The notes under the pieces were generated by a model. It made no database searches and was not told where the DNA came from. It was given only the letters and a program-made list of their open reading frames with translations. This document shows, in pieces, positions 47,954 to 60,300 of a stretch of DNA of 64,000 nucleotides. The stretch is taken from the NCBI RefSeq assembly GCF_018350175.1, contig NC_058368.1, forward strand, positions 8,370,001-8,434,000, read 5' to 3'. Made by a program: the position numbers and the translations under genes. Numbering within the stretch: the stretch's first letter is position 1; every line of letters starts with the position of its first letter. Origin of the DNA: Felis catus (Eukaryota).

Positions 47954-49199
47954 AAAATTCACCGTAGACTGATTGATAAAAACCTTATTTCAGGCCAGAG
48001 TTTGGGAAACACTGGGATGCCTGATCTTTAGGACTCCTCTCAGTGTCCCCATTCCATGGCTTACATGTGTGCAGGATGCTCTTGGGTACAGGCAGAAAAG
48101 AGAAGGTTGGTCAACATGAGTGCAGGACAGTTGCCAGAAATTTCTCTTTCAAAACCATGTAGCTGTAGTGTTTACACAGGGTTGATTTGATTATCTACAG
48201 ATCAGCTGCAAATCCTTCTCAAAGGGCAGACACATTCAAAACTGTTGAAGAGCTCTTTAGAATCTTGACCTTGGCTCCAACTCCAACCCTGGTTGGCTCT
48301 CGCTCACTTAACTTGCTCTGGGTTTCTCAGACCTCAAAGGTAACTAATTAAAGCTGACTCTCCTAGCATCCAATGAGCCTAGCTGGATAGCCCATTCTTC
48401 AGATGATTTCACATTGGTGTTGATCTTAGGGCCCTCTCAAAGCTTTTAAATTCCAGTTCATTTTAATTGTTCCTTAAAGTACTTTTACAATCGCTGGACT
48501 TTCACTGGTCCATTTGTAAATCAATTATTATTGTAAAGAAAGATTCTTTTCTCTTTCAGTGCCATTCATAGAGTTTCGTTAAAAAGTAGTAGTAAAACAA
48601 AAAAGCGATGGGGCAGTTTCCTGTATTTTATGGGACTGTTTCCTGTGCAGTAGAGGCACTGTTTTGGTTATTATCAGATATTTGAATTACCATAAAATGT
48701 TCACTCTTGGGCTGACGTAGACTCTGATTTCTTTGTGCACACTAGTAAAAAGGTATGCGGAATATTACTAGATTGAAATTTTTACTTTCAAAAGAAACTT
48801 AGGTCTTAAAAGAAGAGGAATCCAAATCAAATACCTCTTATTGTTTGAATAATAATAATAATAATAATAAGACAGTCTTGATATTATTTCCATTGTCCAA
48901 ATGGTTGGACAAATGGCCTCACTGGGAGAAGCAGGCAGACGACAGACTGTAGGAGGAGGAAGGAAGGTCCGCTGGATCAGAACTGCACATCACAGCCCCT
49001 CGTCTTTTCTTCAGTCAAGTTCTCTGCTGGGCTGTTCACCATCTCATGTTGGTTGCCCTCAGTTATCGGTATCCATGCCTGTGGTAGTGATTAAGCTTGT
49101 AGATTAGTTGGGGTTTATCAAGTTTGGTTTGATTTGCAATTGATCAAGGGTAGTGGCTAGAAAGACAACAGGAGTTTGTCGGAGCAGCACATGAGAGAG

Positions 49200-49615
49200 A
49201 TTGTAGGGTGACAAGACATGGAGATTTTCAGGAAGGGAAGGAAGCAGGTGACCTGATTCATACTTTAAAAGATGACTGTGGTGATGTGTGGACAGTAGAC
49301 TATAGAAAGTCCAGTGAGGAGGCTGTCGGACAAAGAGTCTGATGCAAGATGGGTGATGGTGGGCAGCTGAGGAAGACTGCGTAAGTTTAGAATATGTTTT
49401 GAGGGATATGTTGATGGATTCCAGGAAGGGTGTAGAGGAAAGAGAGGAATTAAGGGGCATTCTTAGGTTTTTGTCCTGAACAATTGTTGTGTAGATGTGA
49501 TACTCCTTACTTAGTTGGGGAGGGCTTGGCGAATTGTAGGTTTTGAAGAGAAAACCAAAAGTTTTATTTTGGTTATGTTAAGTTTGAGATCCATATAGAC
49601 CATCCAATGGGAGAC
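49200..49615 (+). mobile_element. L2 fragment
   Basis: tgattcatactttaaaagatgactgtgg, gtttagaatatgttttgaggg, tttggttatgttaagtttgagat...gacatccaa. Confidence 0.65.
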
Positions 49616-49619
49616 CTGA

Positions 49620-50020
49620 GGGGCATAAGCAATACTTGAAGAGTGAATGGCTGTGAATTTTCCAAGTCTGATGAAAGACATCACAGATTCAAGACACTCC
49701 ACAAACTCCAAATAGTCCTGTCTTTGACGGAGTAACGACGGTAAAACCGACTTGGTGGCTTTATGAGAGAATCAATGGAACCCGAAGATGATGCACTTAC
49801 GTGCTTAAAAAACTAAAGGAGAGTAACTGCCAACCTAAAATTTTAGATACAGTGAAAACATCCTTCAAAGACAAAATAAAGAATTTTTGGGCAAATGTAT
49901 TGCCCTCCCCCCCCCACCCCCACCCCGGCCCCGGCAAAAACACAAAAAAAATGCATTGCCAGCAGACCAAAATGGAAGTATGGAGATATAGGAAGGAACA
50001 ATATATTTCAGTGACACATC
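49620..50020 (+). mobile_element. ancient L1 ORF1 fragment
   Basis: tgaagagtgaatggctgtgaattttccaagtctgatgaaagac; KKLKESNCQPKILDTVKTSFKDKIKNF (ORF1 C-terminal like). Confidence 0.65.
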
Positions 50021-50399
50021 TTTGAGATTCTTGAACATGCCATGAGGGAGCATTTACTCCCTTCAAATAGTCTTTAAACGTATCGTGTGTTCTCTGCTTG
50101 GTGTTTTTCTCATCTTGGTTAAGTTGACCCACTCTGCTCATTTAGATAGAGTCACAAAGGACATTTCTCTGAAAGCCTTCTTTGAGACCCTGTCTAGTTT
50201 AAAGCTAGATTAAGTCCCCCTATAAAGGGTATCATGAGTATCCAAATGTTAATTATTGGACTTCTCTACCATGTTCAATAGGGAAGTTATCGTCATAATA
50301 TAAAAATATTTGTGAACTGATAACATTTAAATTAGTTCACACTTAAACCTGTTGCCTTAACACTGGCATTGATCCTCATTCATCCTGTCAGTGTCTTGT

Positions 50400-50810
50400 A
50401 TTAACCTCTAGTTGATAGTTGGATGTTTACAACTATGCAGAGCCAGTCGGTTCTAAAGTAAAATCACTCATGTCACCATCTATGCAGAATTTTATGAACT
50501 TGATGACAGTGATGTTGAGTTATAGAACTATATGTAATGGTATTGACCAGTAACTGTCCAGTAGAGTTATATGAGCTCATAATTGAGGAAGATACAATGG
50601 ACAATGAATGACCTTTAATAGATGCTAATTTGGACATCAAGGAGCTAAAAAAAAGACTCTAAGAAAATTCTTTTTATAAAATCACTTTCTTTATTGTCAC
50701 CCTGTAAAAGTTCAGAATGAAGATAGGGTTTTGTACTATGTTGTTTATTATATGGTATTTGGGGGGAATTATCCATCTCTCTGATCAACACTTGACTCAT
50801 ATTTTTTGTT
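50400..50810 (+). mobile_element. possible ancient Tigger transposase remnant
   Basis: gaattttatgaacttgatgacagtgatgttgag (F.E.D..DV.E-like acidic C-terminal motif); very degenerate. Confidence 0.3.
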
Positions 50811-50894
50811 TTAAGAATTACTTTCTTAAATATTCTTAAATATTAGATGAAATAAACTTATTTTTCTTATCATTTTTAAGATAAGTCATTTAAT

Positions 50895-51385
50895 TTATGT
50901 TGTGTAATAAATCATATAAACATAATGGCTTAAAACAGAGGAATCCTTTATTATGTCCTATGGTGTCTGTTAGGAATTCAGGAAGGGCTTGGCTAGGTAG
51001 GTCTTTTTTGCTGTCTCTTAGATTGTGGTGACCGTATCTTCTCTGAGGCTGCATGCTCTATAGCCATGACTAGGCTGGAGTGGCTCATTAGTGTGCCTAG
51101 CCATTTATCTGAGGCCTCAGTTGCCCCCCCATGGGGGTCTTTTTATGGGGGTGCTTGAATGTCTTCATGACATGGTACCCAGCCCTCTCAAGAGCAAATG
51201 TTCCAAGAAGCCAAGGTAGAAGCTGCAGTGCCTTTTTATGACATCAGAAGTCCCATACTGTGACCTCCACTGATGTTAGTCACACAAGGCCAATGCTGCG
51301 TCACTGTGGGATGAAACTATAGAAGGACAGGAATACCAGGAGTCATGGATCATTGTAGGCTTTTTGGGGGGTTGGAAACCACATG
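50895..51385. mobile_element. MLT1-type MaLR solo LTR
   Basis: aatggcttaaaac..., ggaattcaggaagggcttggctagg, tcttcatgacatgg, agaagtcccatactgtgacctcc. Confidence 0.65.
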
Positions 51386-52559
51386 AATTACCCTTTTTTT
51401 TTTTTTTACAATATACTATGAAAAGTCTGTTTTAAATGGATTCACTCTGAGGGGTCTTGGTTTAGTATCAGTTATCCTAAGAAAAGTAAGGTCTCCCAAA
51501 CTCTTTTTTTGTAGAAGTTCTTACCATAATTATAATTCAGATGTATTTATGAGGTTATATTATTGTGTCCCCCCTCAAGACAATGTTTTATGAAGGAAGG
51601 ATTCAGTGTACCCCACCAACCAGCATAATAGTACAGTACCTAGCACATATAATAGGCGCTCAGTAAAAATGTATTAAATAAATGAATAAATGAATCCAGT
51701 TGAACTTGTTTGTTCTTTGTTGGAGAAATTCCAAAGTTAGATTAAATAGATTCAGTTCTTTTTTGTTTTTATTATCCAGGGTATGCCCTTAATTGCCGCT
51801 TTACTAATCCTATGTGTTGAGTGTTCTGTATTCATGTTACTGTTTAATTTTTAAAGGATTAACTTAATCTGCACTACTGTGGAAGGAAAATATACACCAT
51901 ATGTAGATTTATGCTATTGGGTTTATATGGATTTAGCATGTTCCCCGGGAGAAAATTGTTCAGCTGAATTATGTAATCGATCACTTGACGTCACTCAAGA
52001 ATATTGATGATCATTTCAACAATTTGGGGTTAGTAAGAAAGATAAAGCTGTATGTTTAAATGAAAAAAAAAAAACAGGCTTGTAGTCATTGAGGTTAAGA
52101 ATCTATCAGTAAAGATTTACAGCAATTTTTTAAGGGATTATTTTGTAGGCTTGCTTATTGTAATGTTCTAGAATGTTTTATTCATCACTTGTTTTGCCTG
52201 CTAAAACCTGTTTAAAATGTTTTTTAATTTAAAAATTGATGAGATTTGGATGGGTGGCAGAATGCCAGGAAGGCCCCAAGTCCTACAGTTGCCTGCATAC
52301 TGTTATTCTGAGATGCTGTTATTGAACCGTTTTAGCTAACAGCTGAAACATGATTCTCTCCCAGGAGGATTTTAGCACTTCTAATCTTTTGCTCCATCTC
52401 TGCCTTCTTTCAGAATTAAGGAGCCTAATTCTGATCAGGGTCTATGTTTCCTCCTAGATTATACATTCTGAAGCAAAGAGGCTATGGCTGTCCTTCAAAG
52501 AGTTGCCCTCATATGCTTTCATAAGACCATCTAGTTAAGAGTGGTTAAATAATGAGATT

Positions 52560-52960
52560 TGGACCTGCCCACATCAATATGGAAGCCTAAAGGGAGGGCA
52601 GGATTGAGGGTAACGTCATCTGGAGGTTCAAGCTACGTTTCCATGTGGACATCTTGGCTCTACTGTCCTCCGGATCCTCTGGCCATCTGGATGGCTGTAG
52701 CAGTTCCCAGCCTGTCATCTCAACACACTGTCCAGATAAGAGGAGAGCTATTTCTTTGAGGTACCATAAGATTGAGGGAAGTCTTTTCCAGAAATCCCCT
52801 GGAAGGCGCTCTGTGTGTGTCTTTGGTCTAGGTTGAGTCATAGGCTCATTCCTGAACTCCTCTTTGGTGATAGGAATGAGATTACCTTTGGATCAGTCAG
52901 GCCCATGGGTGGAGCTAGGAGTGGGGCCAGGGATGCATTGGAGGAGAGGTGAAGACCTGA
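52560..52960. mobile_element. MLT1-type LTR fragment (approximate)
   Basis: gatggctgtagcagttcccagcc..., ttttccagaaatccc, ggttgagtcataggctcattcctgaac. Confidence 0.5.
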
Positions 52961-53297
52961 GAAAAATCAAAATTTTATTAGGAAGGAGGTAATACATGCT
53001 GGGTGGATGACCAAAACAGTACCCATATGCTTCCTGTTATGTCCCCGGTACCTGGAACAATGCCTGGCACATAATAGGTCATCAGTAAACATTTATCAAA
53101 TGAATTTTCTCTTTTATCTTCTGGTTTCATTTATCAAACTCTATGTTTGCTTTTTAAAATTAATTAATCTCACATTAATTTTTTATTGAAATATAGTTGA
53201 CACATATATATTTGCTTTTGTTTCCTGGTTGATAAACATTTATACGTTGCTTGTTATTGTCTTTTTAAAAAAATTGTCTCACTTTTAAATGCTATTT

Positions 53298-53432
53298 AGG
53301 GGTGCCTGGGTGGCTCAGTTGGTTAAGCGTCCGACTTTGGCTCAGGTCATGATCTCACGGTTCATGGGTCTGAGCCTCATGTCGGGCTCCGTGCTGACAG
53401 CTCAGAGCCTGGAGCTTGTTTTGGATTCTGTG

Positions 53433-53464
<32 letters not shown>

Positions 53465-53535
53465 TCCCTCCCCAACTTGTACTTTATCCTCTCTGTCTCT
53501 CTGAAAAATAAATAAACTTAAAAAATAAAAATAAG
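53298..53535 (+). mobile_element. Can-SINE
   Basis: TSD taaatgctatt both sides. Confidence 0.95.
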
Positions 53536-55144
53536 TAAATGCTATTAAAAACTAATTTATATAGCCTGTTGCTATTTCGTAATTAATAGAATTATTAAAA
53601 ATAACTTATAATTAAAACAGTTTGATAGGTATGTGTTTACATAATTTCGTCAGCATATCCTCGTGTAGGGGCTCATTTTTAGTAAAGTTAAGGAAGCAGA
53701 TCGGATCCATTATTTATAATTTGTAAGCCAGAGGAAGTATAACAGAGACCGTCCTATTCTAATGATGGCGTATGGTAGGAACCATAAAATCTCACCGTGC
53801 TTGTTGACACTTGCTCAGTTAAAAGAAGTGAATTTAGTGTGATTACAATAAATCCTGTAACTGATGTCGTGATGATGTTGCTTTGGTAAATGAATCCGTA
53901 AGAAGATACACAGGAGCTTCCCCACCGATTTGTAGTGTGTAGCATATGTATATTTTATCTCCTGATGTCATAAACTGTAAGTAGTCTTATATTGCTGATG
54001 CCGTTGTCGGTTTACTTAAAATAAATTTCGTCTCCAGGTAATAGATTCATTGGCTGATTCTCTACCCTGGTGCTCGTTGTTGGGTAGGCAGCGTGGGCCT
54101 CAGAGATGCTGGCTCCTTTGTTTCACCACATCTCAAAATGTGTTTCCTTTGCATTTGGAAATGAAGTTACTGACCTCCTGAGTATGGACATGGCCTCTGT
54201 GTTTTCTCTAGTTACGGCGCAAGATTTGCACTTGATCCTTTGAGGAATGACTGGCGGATTAGGGTACGTGCTGTGTGGCTCTGAAAGAGTTTGATTGATA
54301 TATGCGAGGATCAGACTTACTATTTGGTGGGCTTTAGCACAGTGGCTCAGAATGCTTTCAAACACTGGAGTGGTGGCTTAAAAAATAATATATATTCTCC
54401 ACGGGACTGGTGGCAGATAGGAGAACTCGGGTGGAATGGCCTTTCCCCAGGTCACTTCTGGCAACGGCAGGGAATAAAGTTTCATTACTATTTAAAACCT
54501 GCTTTTCTTCCCGCTCACTTTCATGCTCCTCTGTGTTATTAATCCCATTTAGAATTAATTTAGAATTAATCCCATTTAGAAGTTCAAATTTTAGAATCTG
54601 AATGTAGAGCCACACCTAGTGTTAAAGGCAGGGAAGGGTCTGTGGAATACCATTTTATCTCTTAGAATGTACATTTCATTGGTTTCCACCAGACTTCTCC
54701 TGGACCGTTATTTCATGTACGCGTGATAGGAAACATTGATGTCAAAAACTTGACCTGGGGGCTCCCCTTATTTGCATATATTCTTGAAACGTCATCGCTG
54801 CAAATTTGAGAGAGCGAGTGTCTCCTAGACAGGCTGTGTGGCCCTGTGTGCTTTAAGAGAGGGTTTTTAATGATCTTTGTTAAATAATAAAGTCCCTGGA
54901 TGGTCTAGCAGAAGTTGAAACTTATAGAGAGAACTCTATAAATTGAAGTGAAAGAACTTCCTTTTAGTGTTGAGTGCCCCATGGACATTGACGGCAGGGA
55001 TGTATCTAAACACCATTGACATTGCTTTGTGGTTTTCAGGGTCAGTGCTCAAAAACCCATGAGAGGACAGAGAAAGTAGAGGTGGATGAATCGATTCAGG
55101 TCAGGGAGGCAAGAGGGCAAGAAGGTGAAGGCATTTGTACTGAT

Positions 55145-55197
55145 AAATAAAATAAAATAAAAACAAAATAAAAATAAAAATAAAAATAAAAATAAAT
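55145..55197. repeat. (TAAAA)n A-rich repeat
   Basis: read directly. Confidence 0.9.
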
Positions 55198-56269
55198 ACA
55201 CGCTCTTCTATCTGAAGTGATAGATCTTGGGGTTGAGGTAAAGAAATGAAACCCAGGAAGGCTACAACTTATTGGAAGAAGACAGAAACTTCTTCAGCTA
55301 CTGAAAGACTCCACCGTTTTCATCAAACACTTGGGCATCTTCTGCTGAAATTTTATTTCACCAGCATTTGGTCTTAACATTTTTGTTCAACACATTTTGG
55401 TTAATAATATGATTTAAGGAAGAAATCTGTATTCATTGTGTTTAATTCATACCAACTCTGAAAAATATGAAAAAAGCATTTACTGTTGGTGAAATGGAGT
55501 TCTCATTTCCCTCCTGTCTGATTATTATTGTTTCCTACTTGCATATTACTCCAGGATAATGTGAAAATGTAAAACACATTTTATCAAGATCAGGATAAAT
55601 CTAGCAAGGTTGATCCTTGAATATTTATGAAACAGAGCAGTAAATGAATAAAGTAAAGCATTAATAAAGTTTGTTGTTCTGTCTTGGATTTTGTGAAATG
55701 GAAAAGCAAAGTCCAGGAATCATGGACTCTGACAATATTCATGCTAACAACTCAGATCGTAACACTGTATTTATCCACCAAAAAGCAAAGGTTAGAAGAA
55801 AAAGGAAAATCAAATATTGAAGGTCCATGTATTTTATAATAGGAAAAAATAAGCTTTAATGTAAAATGCATATTTTAGAAAATTTGGGTAAGTATATAAA
55901 AAGGGAAAGAAAAACTAGTTGCCATTGGTTATACTACTCAGCAATAATCACAGATTATGTTTTATTATTATATAATTATTATAAATACTATTATTATGTT
56001 TTGAATATTTTATTCCAGATTTTGGTTTTCTGTACCTATTTTTCCTTTTATTATGGGGGAAAATTTTAGTAAGTTTCATCCATTTATATTACTTGAAAAG
56101 ATTAGGTAGACAGTTGAAGGCGAGAGAGATGATAATTTCACATGGTTAATAGTACAGTATGGTCTGTGTTGAGAGAAATCTTATGAAAAAGGTTGAGTTC
56201 TAGAATAGACTGTAGTTACACATTTGTTTTTAGAATTAAATGTTTTTGAAAGAACAAAGTCTATAAAAA

Positions 56270-57720
56270 ATGGAGTGCTTTTGGAAATGGAAAGGATCTA
56301 GCATAGCCAAGGTGATTTTGAAAAAGAGTATAATTTGAGGACTTCTACCACTAAATTTGGTATTGGCTTAAGGATGGACATAAAGATCAATAGGACACAA
56401 TAAAAAGTTCAGAGATAAACCTCTATATTTGTGATCAATTGATTTTTGACAAAGAGGCCAGAGTATTTCAATGAGGGAAGGGTAATCTTTTTAACAGACA
56501 TTGCTGAAACGATTAGATATCCGTATGCAAAACGGTGAACTGAGACTGTTATTTCATACCAAACACAAAAATTATCTCAAAGTGAATCATGGACTTCAGT
56601 GTAAGAGTTAAAACTGTAGAACTCCTAGAAGGTTGCTTTTCATGTGTGACCTTGCACTAGAAAACGTTTCTTAGATATGACATTCAAAAGCATGACCCAT
56701 CAAAGAAAATATTAATATATTAGACTTCACTAAAATTAAAAACTTCTGCTTTTTGTTTTTTTAAATGTATTTTTTAATGTTTGTTTTTGAGAGAGAGACA
56801 GAGTGCAAGTGGGGAACAGGCAGCGAGAGAGGGAGACACAGAATCTCAAGCAGGCTCCAGGCTCTCAGCAGTCAGCACAGAGCCTAATGCAGGGCTTGAA
56901 CCCACAAACCGTGAGATCGTGACCCGAGCCAAAGTCTGATGCTTAACCGACTGAGCCACCCAGTGCCCCCAAAACTTCTGCTTTTTAAAAGATAGCATTA
57001 GAAAATGAAAAGACGAGCCACAATTAAACGTTTTTGCTTTGCAAAGGATTTTTTTTTTTAAGAGGCTGAAAAGACAAGCTCCAGTCTAGGAGAAAATATT
57101 TCTAGACCACGTATCAAAAAGTGGACAACATCTGGAGTACATAAAGAACTCTCAAAACCCAACAGTAATGAACACATAATCCAATTTGAAAATGGGCAAA
57201 GGACAGGGACGTGAACAGACTGTATAGACGATACTTATCCAGATGGCAAGTAAGCATGTGAAAAGATGGATCATTAGCCATACGGGAAGTGCACATTAAA
57301 GCTGCAGTGAGATACCTCTCCACACCTATCAGAATGGCTAACGTAAAAACAGTAACCATACTGGATGCTTCTGAGACTGCACAAAAGCTGGATCACCGAT
57401 GTACCACCGGTGGGAATGTGAAATGGTGTAGCCACTCCAGAACCCAGTGCAGTTTCCTGTAAAATAGCGTGTGTTCACCACACAGCTCCACAGTTGCGCT
57501 CTTGGGTATTGACCCCAGAGAAATGAAATCTTCCGTTCACCCATAAACCTGTACACAAATGTTCATAGCCGTTTTTTTGAGAAGAGCAAAAAAGTAAAAA
57601 CCACCCACACATCCTTCATGGGTGAATGGTGTAGTAATAGGGCCACACCATGGAACGGTATACAGCAATGGAAAGGAACAAACTATCAGTACCTGCAACG
57701 ACTTAGATGGATCTCCAAAG
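56270..57720 (+). mobile_element. ancient L1M ORF2 3' part / 3'UTR, interrupted by a SINE
   Basis: tcaattgatttttgacaaag, aaaattaaaaacttctgc, aatccaatttgaaaatgggcaaagga, cctgtacacaaatgttcatagc. Confidence 0.85.
56755..56970 (-). mobile_element. Can-SINE inserted in L1
   Basis: TSD aaaacttctgcttttt both sides. Confidence 0.95.
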
Positions 57721-58032
57721 GTTAAATATTCTATTAATACAACATTCTTGAAATAAGTTTCCCCAAGGGGGAAACTGGGTCAAGAATACTGTTGTCTGTA
57801 AAGACAACCCACCGATTTTCCTGATGTACAGGAAATACACAAAACCTGCTGTGATTATTGGAAGGAATGCCATTTTGTTAGATTCTTTCCCCATATATAT
57901 ATATATGAATTAAAATTCTAAGATCTAGTAGAATTTTCCATTTGCACCTTTTGCTTTTTTAGGTAAGGGTTTGCTTGGAATGACTACATTGATTTACCAT
58001 CAGTGATTGAATTTTGACTTTAGTCATTATAT

Positions 58033-58174
58033 ATTCGGGAGAATTCTTTGCCTTTCCTGTGATAGATCCCCCCCTCCTTTTTTAAGTGACCTCTATGCCC
58101 AACGTGGGCCTCAAACTCATGATCCTGAGATTTGAGAGTCACGTGCTCTGCCTACTGAGCCAACCAGATGTCTC
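58033..58174 (-). mobile_element. older/short Can-SINE
   Basis: ctctatgcccaacgtgggcctcaaactcatgatcctgagat...ctgagccaaccag; TSD tagtcattatat. Confidence 0.8.
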
Positions 58175-58311
58175 TAGTCATTATATGTTTTTAAATGAAT
58201 GAATGAATGGATACATTTCTCTATAGTAGGATTTATTTTAACAGTTTTGGTTTGGGTGTTTTAATAAAAGCATCATTCATATTTTACTTTTTATCTTGTT
58301 TTGCAGTGATT

Positions 58312-58364
58312 CTAGATAGATACATAGATAGATAGATAGATAGATAGATATAGATAGATAGATA
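58312..58364. repeat. (GATA)n tetranucleotide STR, interrupted
   Basis: tagatagatacatagatagata... Confidence 0.95.
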
Positions 58365-58909
58365 TGTCATCTGGTAAACATTAGTCAGAAAATTTGGTGA
58401 GACATAGACTTTTGTGTTTAACCAGATTGAAAAATGTTCTTGGCAACTGAATGATGCCATGAGGCTGACAAGGAGAACGTTCATGGTATTTACCTCTGTG
58501 GACAAAGGCGAGAACAGTGAGCTAACACTGATTGTCGACATTTTTGAAGCCTGTGCTCCAATTACTGTGCCAGATAGTCTCATATCTGCCCTCTTTCTGG
58601 GGGTTAAGTGTCCTCCAGAAGAAGACATTGAGGCTCAGGAACATTTAGTGGTTTCCCAAGGTTCGACAGCTGATGTGTTCCTGAACTGGGATCCAGACTT
58701 GCTTCGGAGAGGCAACAAAGTGTGGACCATAAGCAGGCTTTGGGTCAAGTTTAGGAGTATGACAGTCTTAACCATCTGTACTCTTCTTTGGCTGTGGATG
58801 GCCCTGATTTATAAACAGGAAGTATGTACAGAACATACCTGCGTGGATCCCTTTTAAAGACGAATAGTAAATACTGTATTTCAGAGTAGATAAATATCTG
58901 TTTATTTGA

Positions 58910-59200
58910 CATACATTCAATAAATAGTTTTTGAGTCCTTAATTGGTCCCAGGCTGTATTTTGGGCAGTGGGGATATAGCAGTGGATAAACCAGACCAAA
59001 ATCAAGGAAAATAAGTAAACTATCTGTATAAGTAAACTATATGTAGATAGTGGTAGGGGTTATGAAAACACATCTAGAAGGGAAGGGTGATAGGATGTGT
59101 TGGGACAGGTTTATATTTCGAGTAAGGTCATTAGGGAGAGTCTCCCAGAGTCACCTGAACATGATGAAGAGTGAGGCTTGTAGATATGTTGAGGAAGGAA
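58910..59200 (+). mobile_element. L2 fragment
   Basis: cattcaataaatagtttttgagtcct...ccaggctgtattttgggcagtggggatatagcagtggataaaccagac. Confidence 0.6.
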
Positions 59201-59475
59201 AAAGTATGTGAAGTTTATGAGAGACATAGACTGGTTTTTAGGACTTTAGATGAATAATCACCATGGGCCAGAACAGGTTAGGAGTAGGTGAGCTTGGGTG
59301 AGGAACTGACATTTCCCTTGGCTTTGAAGTCTGCAGGGTGTGGCAGGTTAGAGACCCAGGAAGCTAGTCTGGTGGGTCCAAGGTATAGAAGTCGGGACAC
59401 GAGGGTTTGAGTTGGAGGTCAGTGAGTTGAGGAAGGCCTTGGGTTCCTGCTAGGGAGTTTGGCTTTCATTTTGAA

Positions 59476-59687
59476 TTTTTTTTTCAATGTTTATTTATTT
59501 TTGGGACAGAGAGAGACAGAGCATGAACGGGCGAGGGGCAGAGAGAGAGGGAGACACAGAATCGGAAACAGGCTCCAGGCTCTGAGCCACCAGCCCAGAG
59601 CCCGACGCGGGGCTCGAACTCATGGACCGTGAGATCGTGACCTGGCTGAAGTCGGACGCTTAACCGACTGCGCCACCCAGGCGCCCC
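59476..59687 (-). mobile_element. young felid Can-SINE (SINEC_Fc)
   Basis: almost identical to the copy at 16680-16917; CpGs retained. Confidence 0.97.
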
Positions 59688-59964
59688 TACATTTTCTAGA
59701 TAATAAACCATGACTGAAGGGATTTGATTTATGTAGTTGACCTGGTTGGATAGTTGCCTTGGGAAGTTTAATCATTCCCATTAGGTTTTCTAGAAGTAGG
59801 CCTTTTTGTTGTCTTAGCTGTGCTTATTCTCTGGGTCACCTCCTCATTATTGACTCTATATTCTTCCTGGTACACTTGCCCCTTTGGTACATTTGCCCCT
59901 TTTGGCCCCCTGGACACTACGAATTCCTGAGTTGCCTCCAGTCTCTCTGGCCACAGCTCTTTTC

Positions 59965-60300
59965 TCATTTACTCAGGAAATCTTTACTGAGAGCCTGCTC
60001 TGTGGCAGACCTCACGCTGGATATGGAGGACAAAGCCAGGCTTTGGGGAGCAGGCATGAAAGAAATAATCACACACACCCCTGCATTATATTTCAATTTT
60101 GTTATGTCCTGTGAGGGAAACTCACAGAGCACTGAGGAAGAGGGTTTGGGGCTGGGCTGCCTGAGACCAGAGTGATGTTGGGCAAAAGGAAGGGGGAAGC
60201 ATTCTGGACCAAGGGGGCATGTGCTGAGGCCGAATGATGAGAACGAGCTTCATGTACTAGGAGAGGAAGCAATGTCTGGTGTGGCTGCAGAGATATGAGG
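59965..60300 (+). mobile_element. L2 fragment
   Basis: tcatttactcaggaaatctttactgagagcctgctctgtggcagac..., agcattctggaccaagggggcatgtgc. Confidence 0.55.

Noticed and set aside
54538..54600. Short direct repeats attaatcccatttagaa (similar ones at 38008-38033, 41835-41859, 46971-46988)
   Set aside because: Ordinary slippage duplications with no further structure.
58414..58857. 147-aa ORF as a single-exon gene
   Set aside because: Non-ATG start, no recognisable domain, and ~58620-58700 looks MIR-derived (ttgaggctcag...ttcccaaggttcgacagctg).
621..59711. Recurrent short ORFs such as MAQSVERPTLAQVMIS... and THTHTH / SLSLSL / ERERER peptides
   Set aside because: Translations of Can-SINEs and dinucleotide microsatellites.
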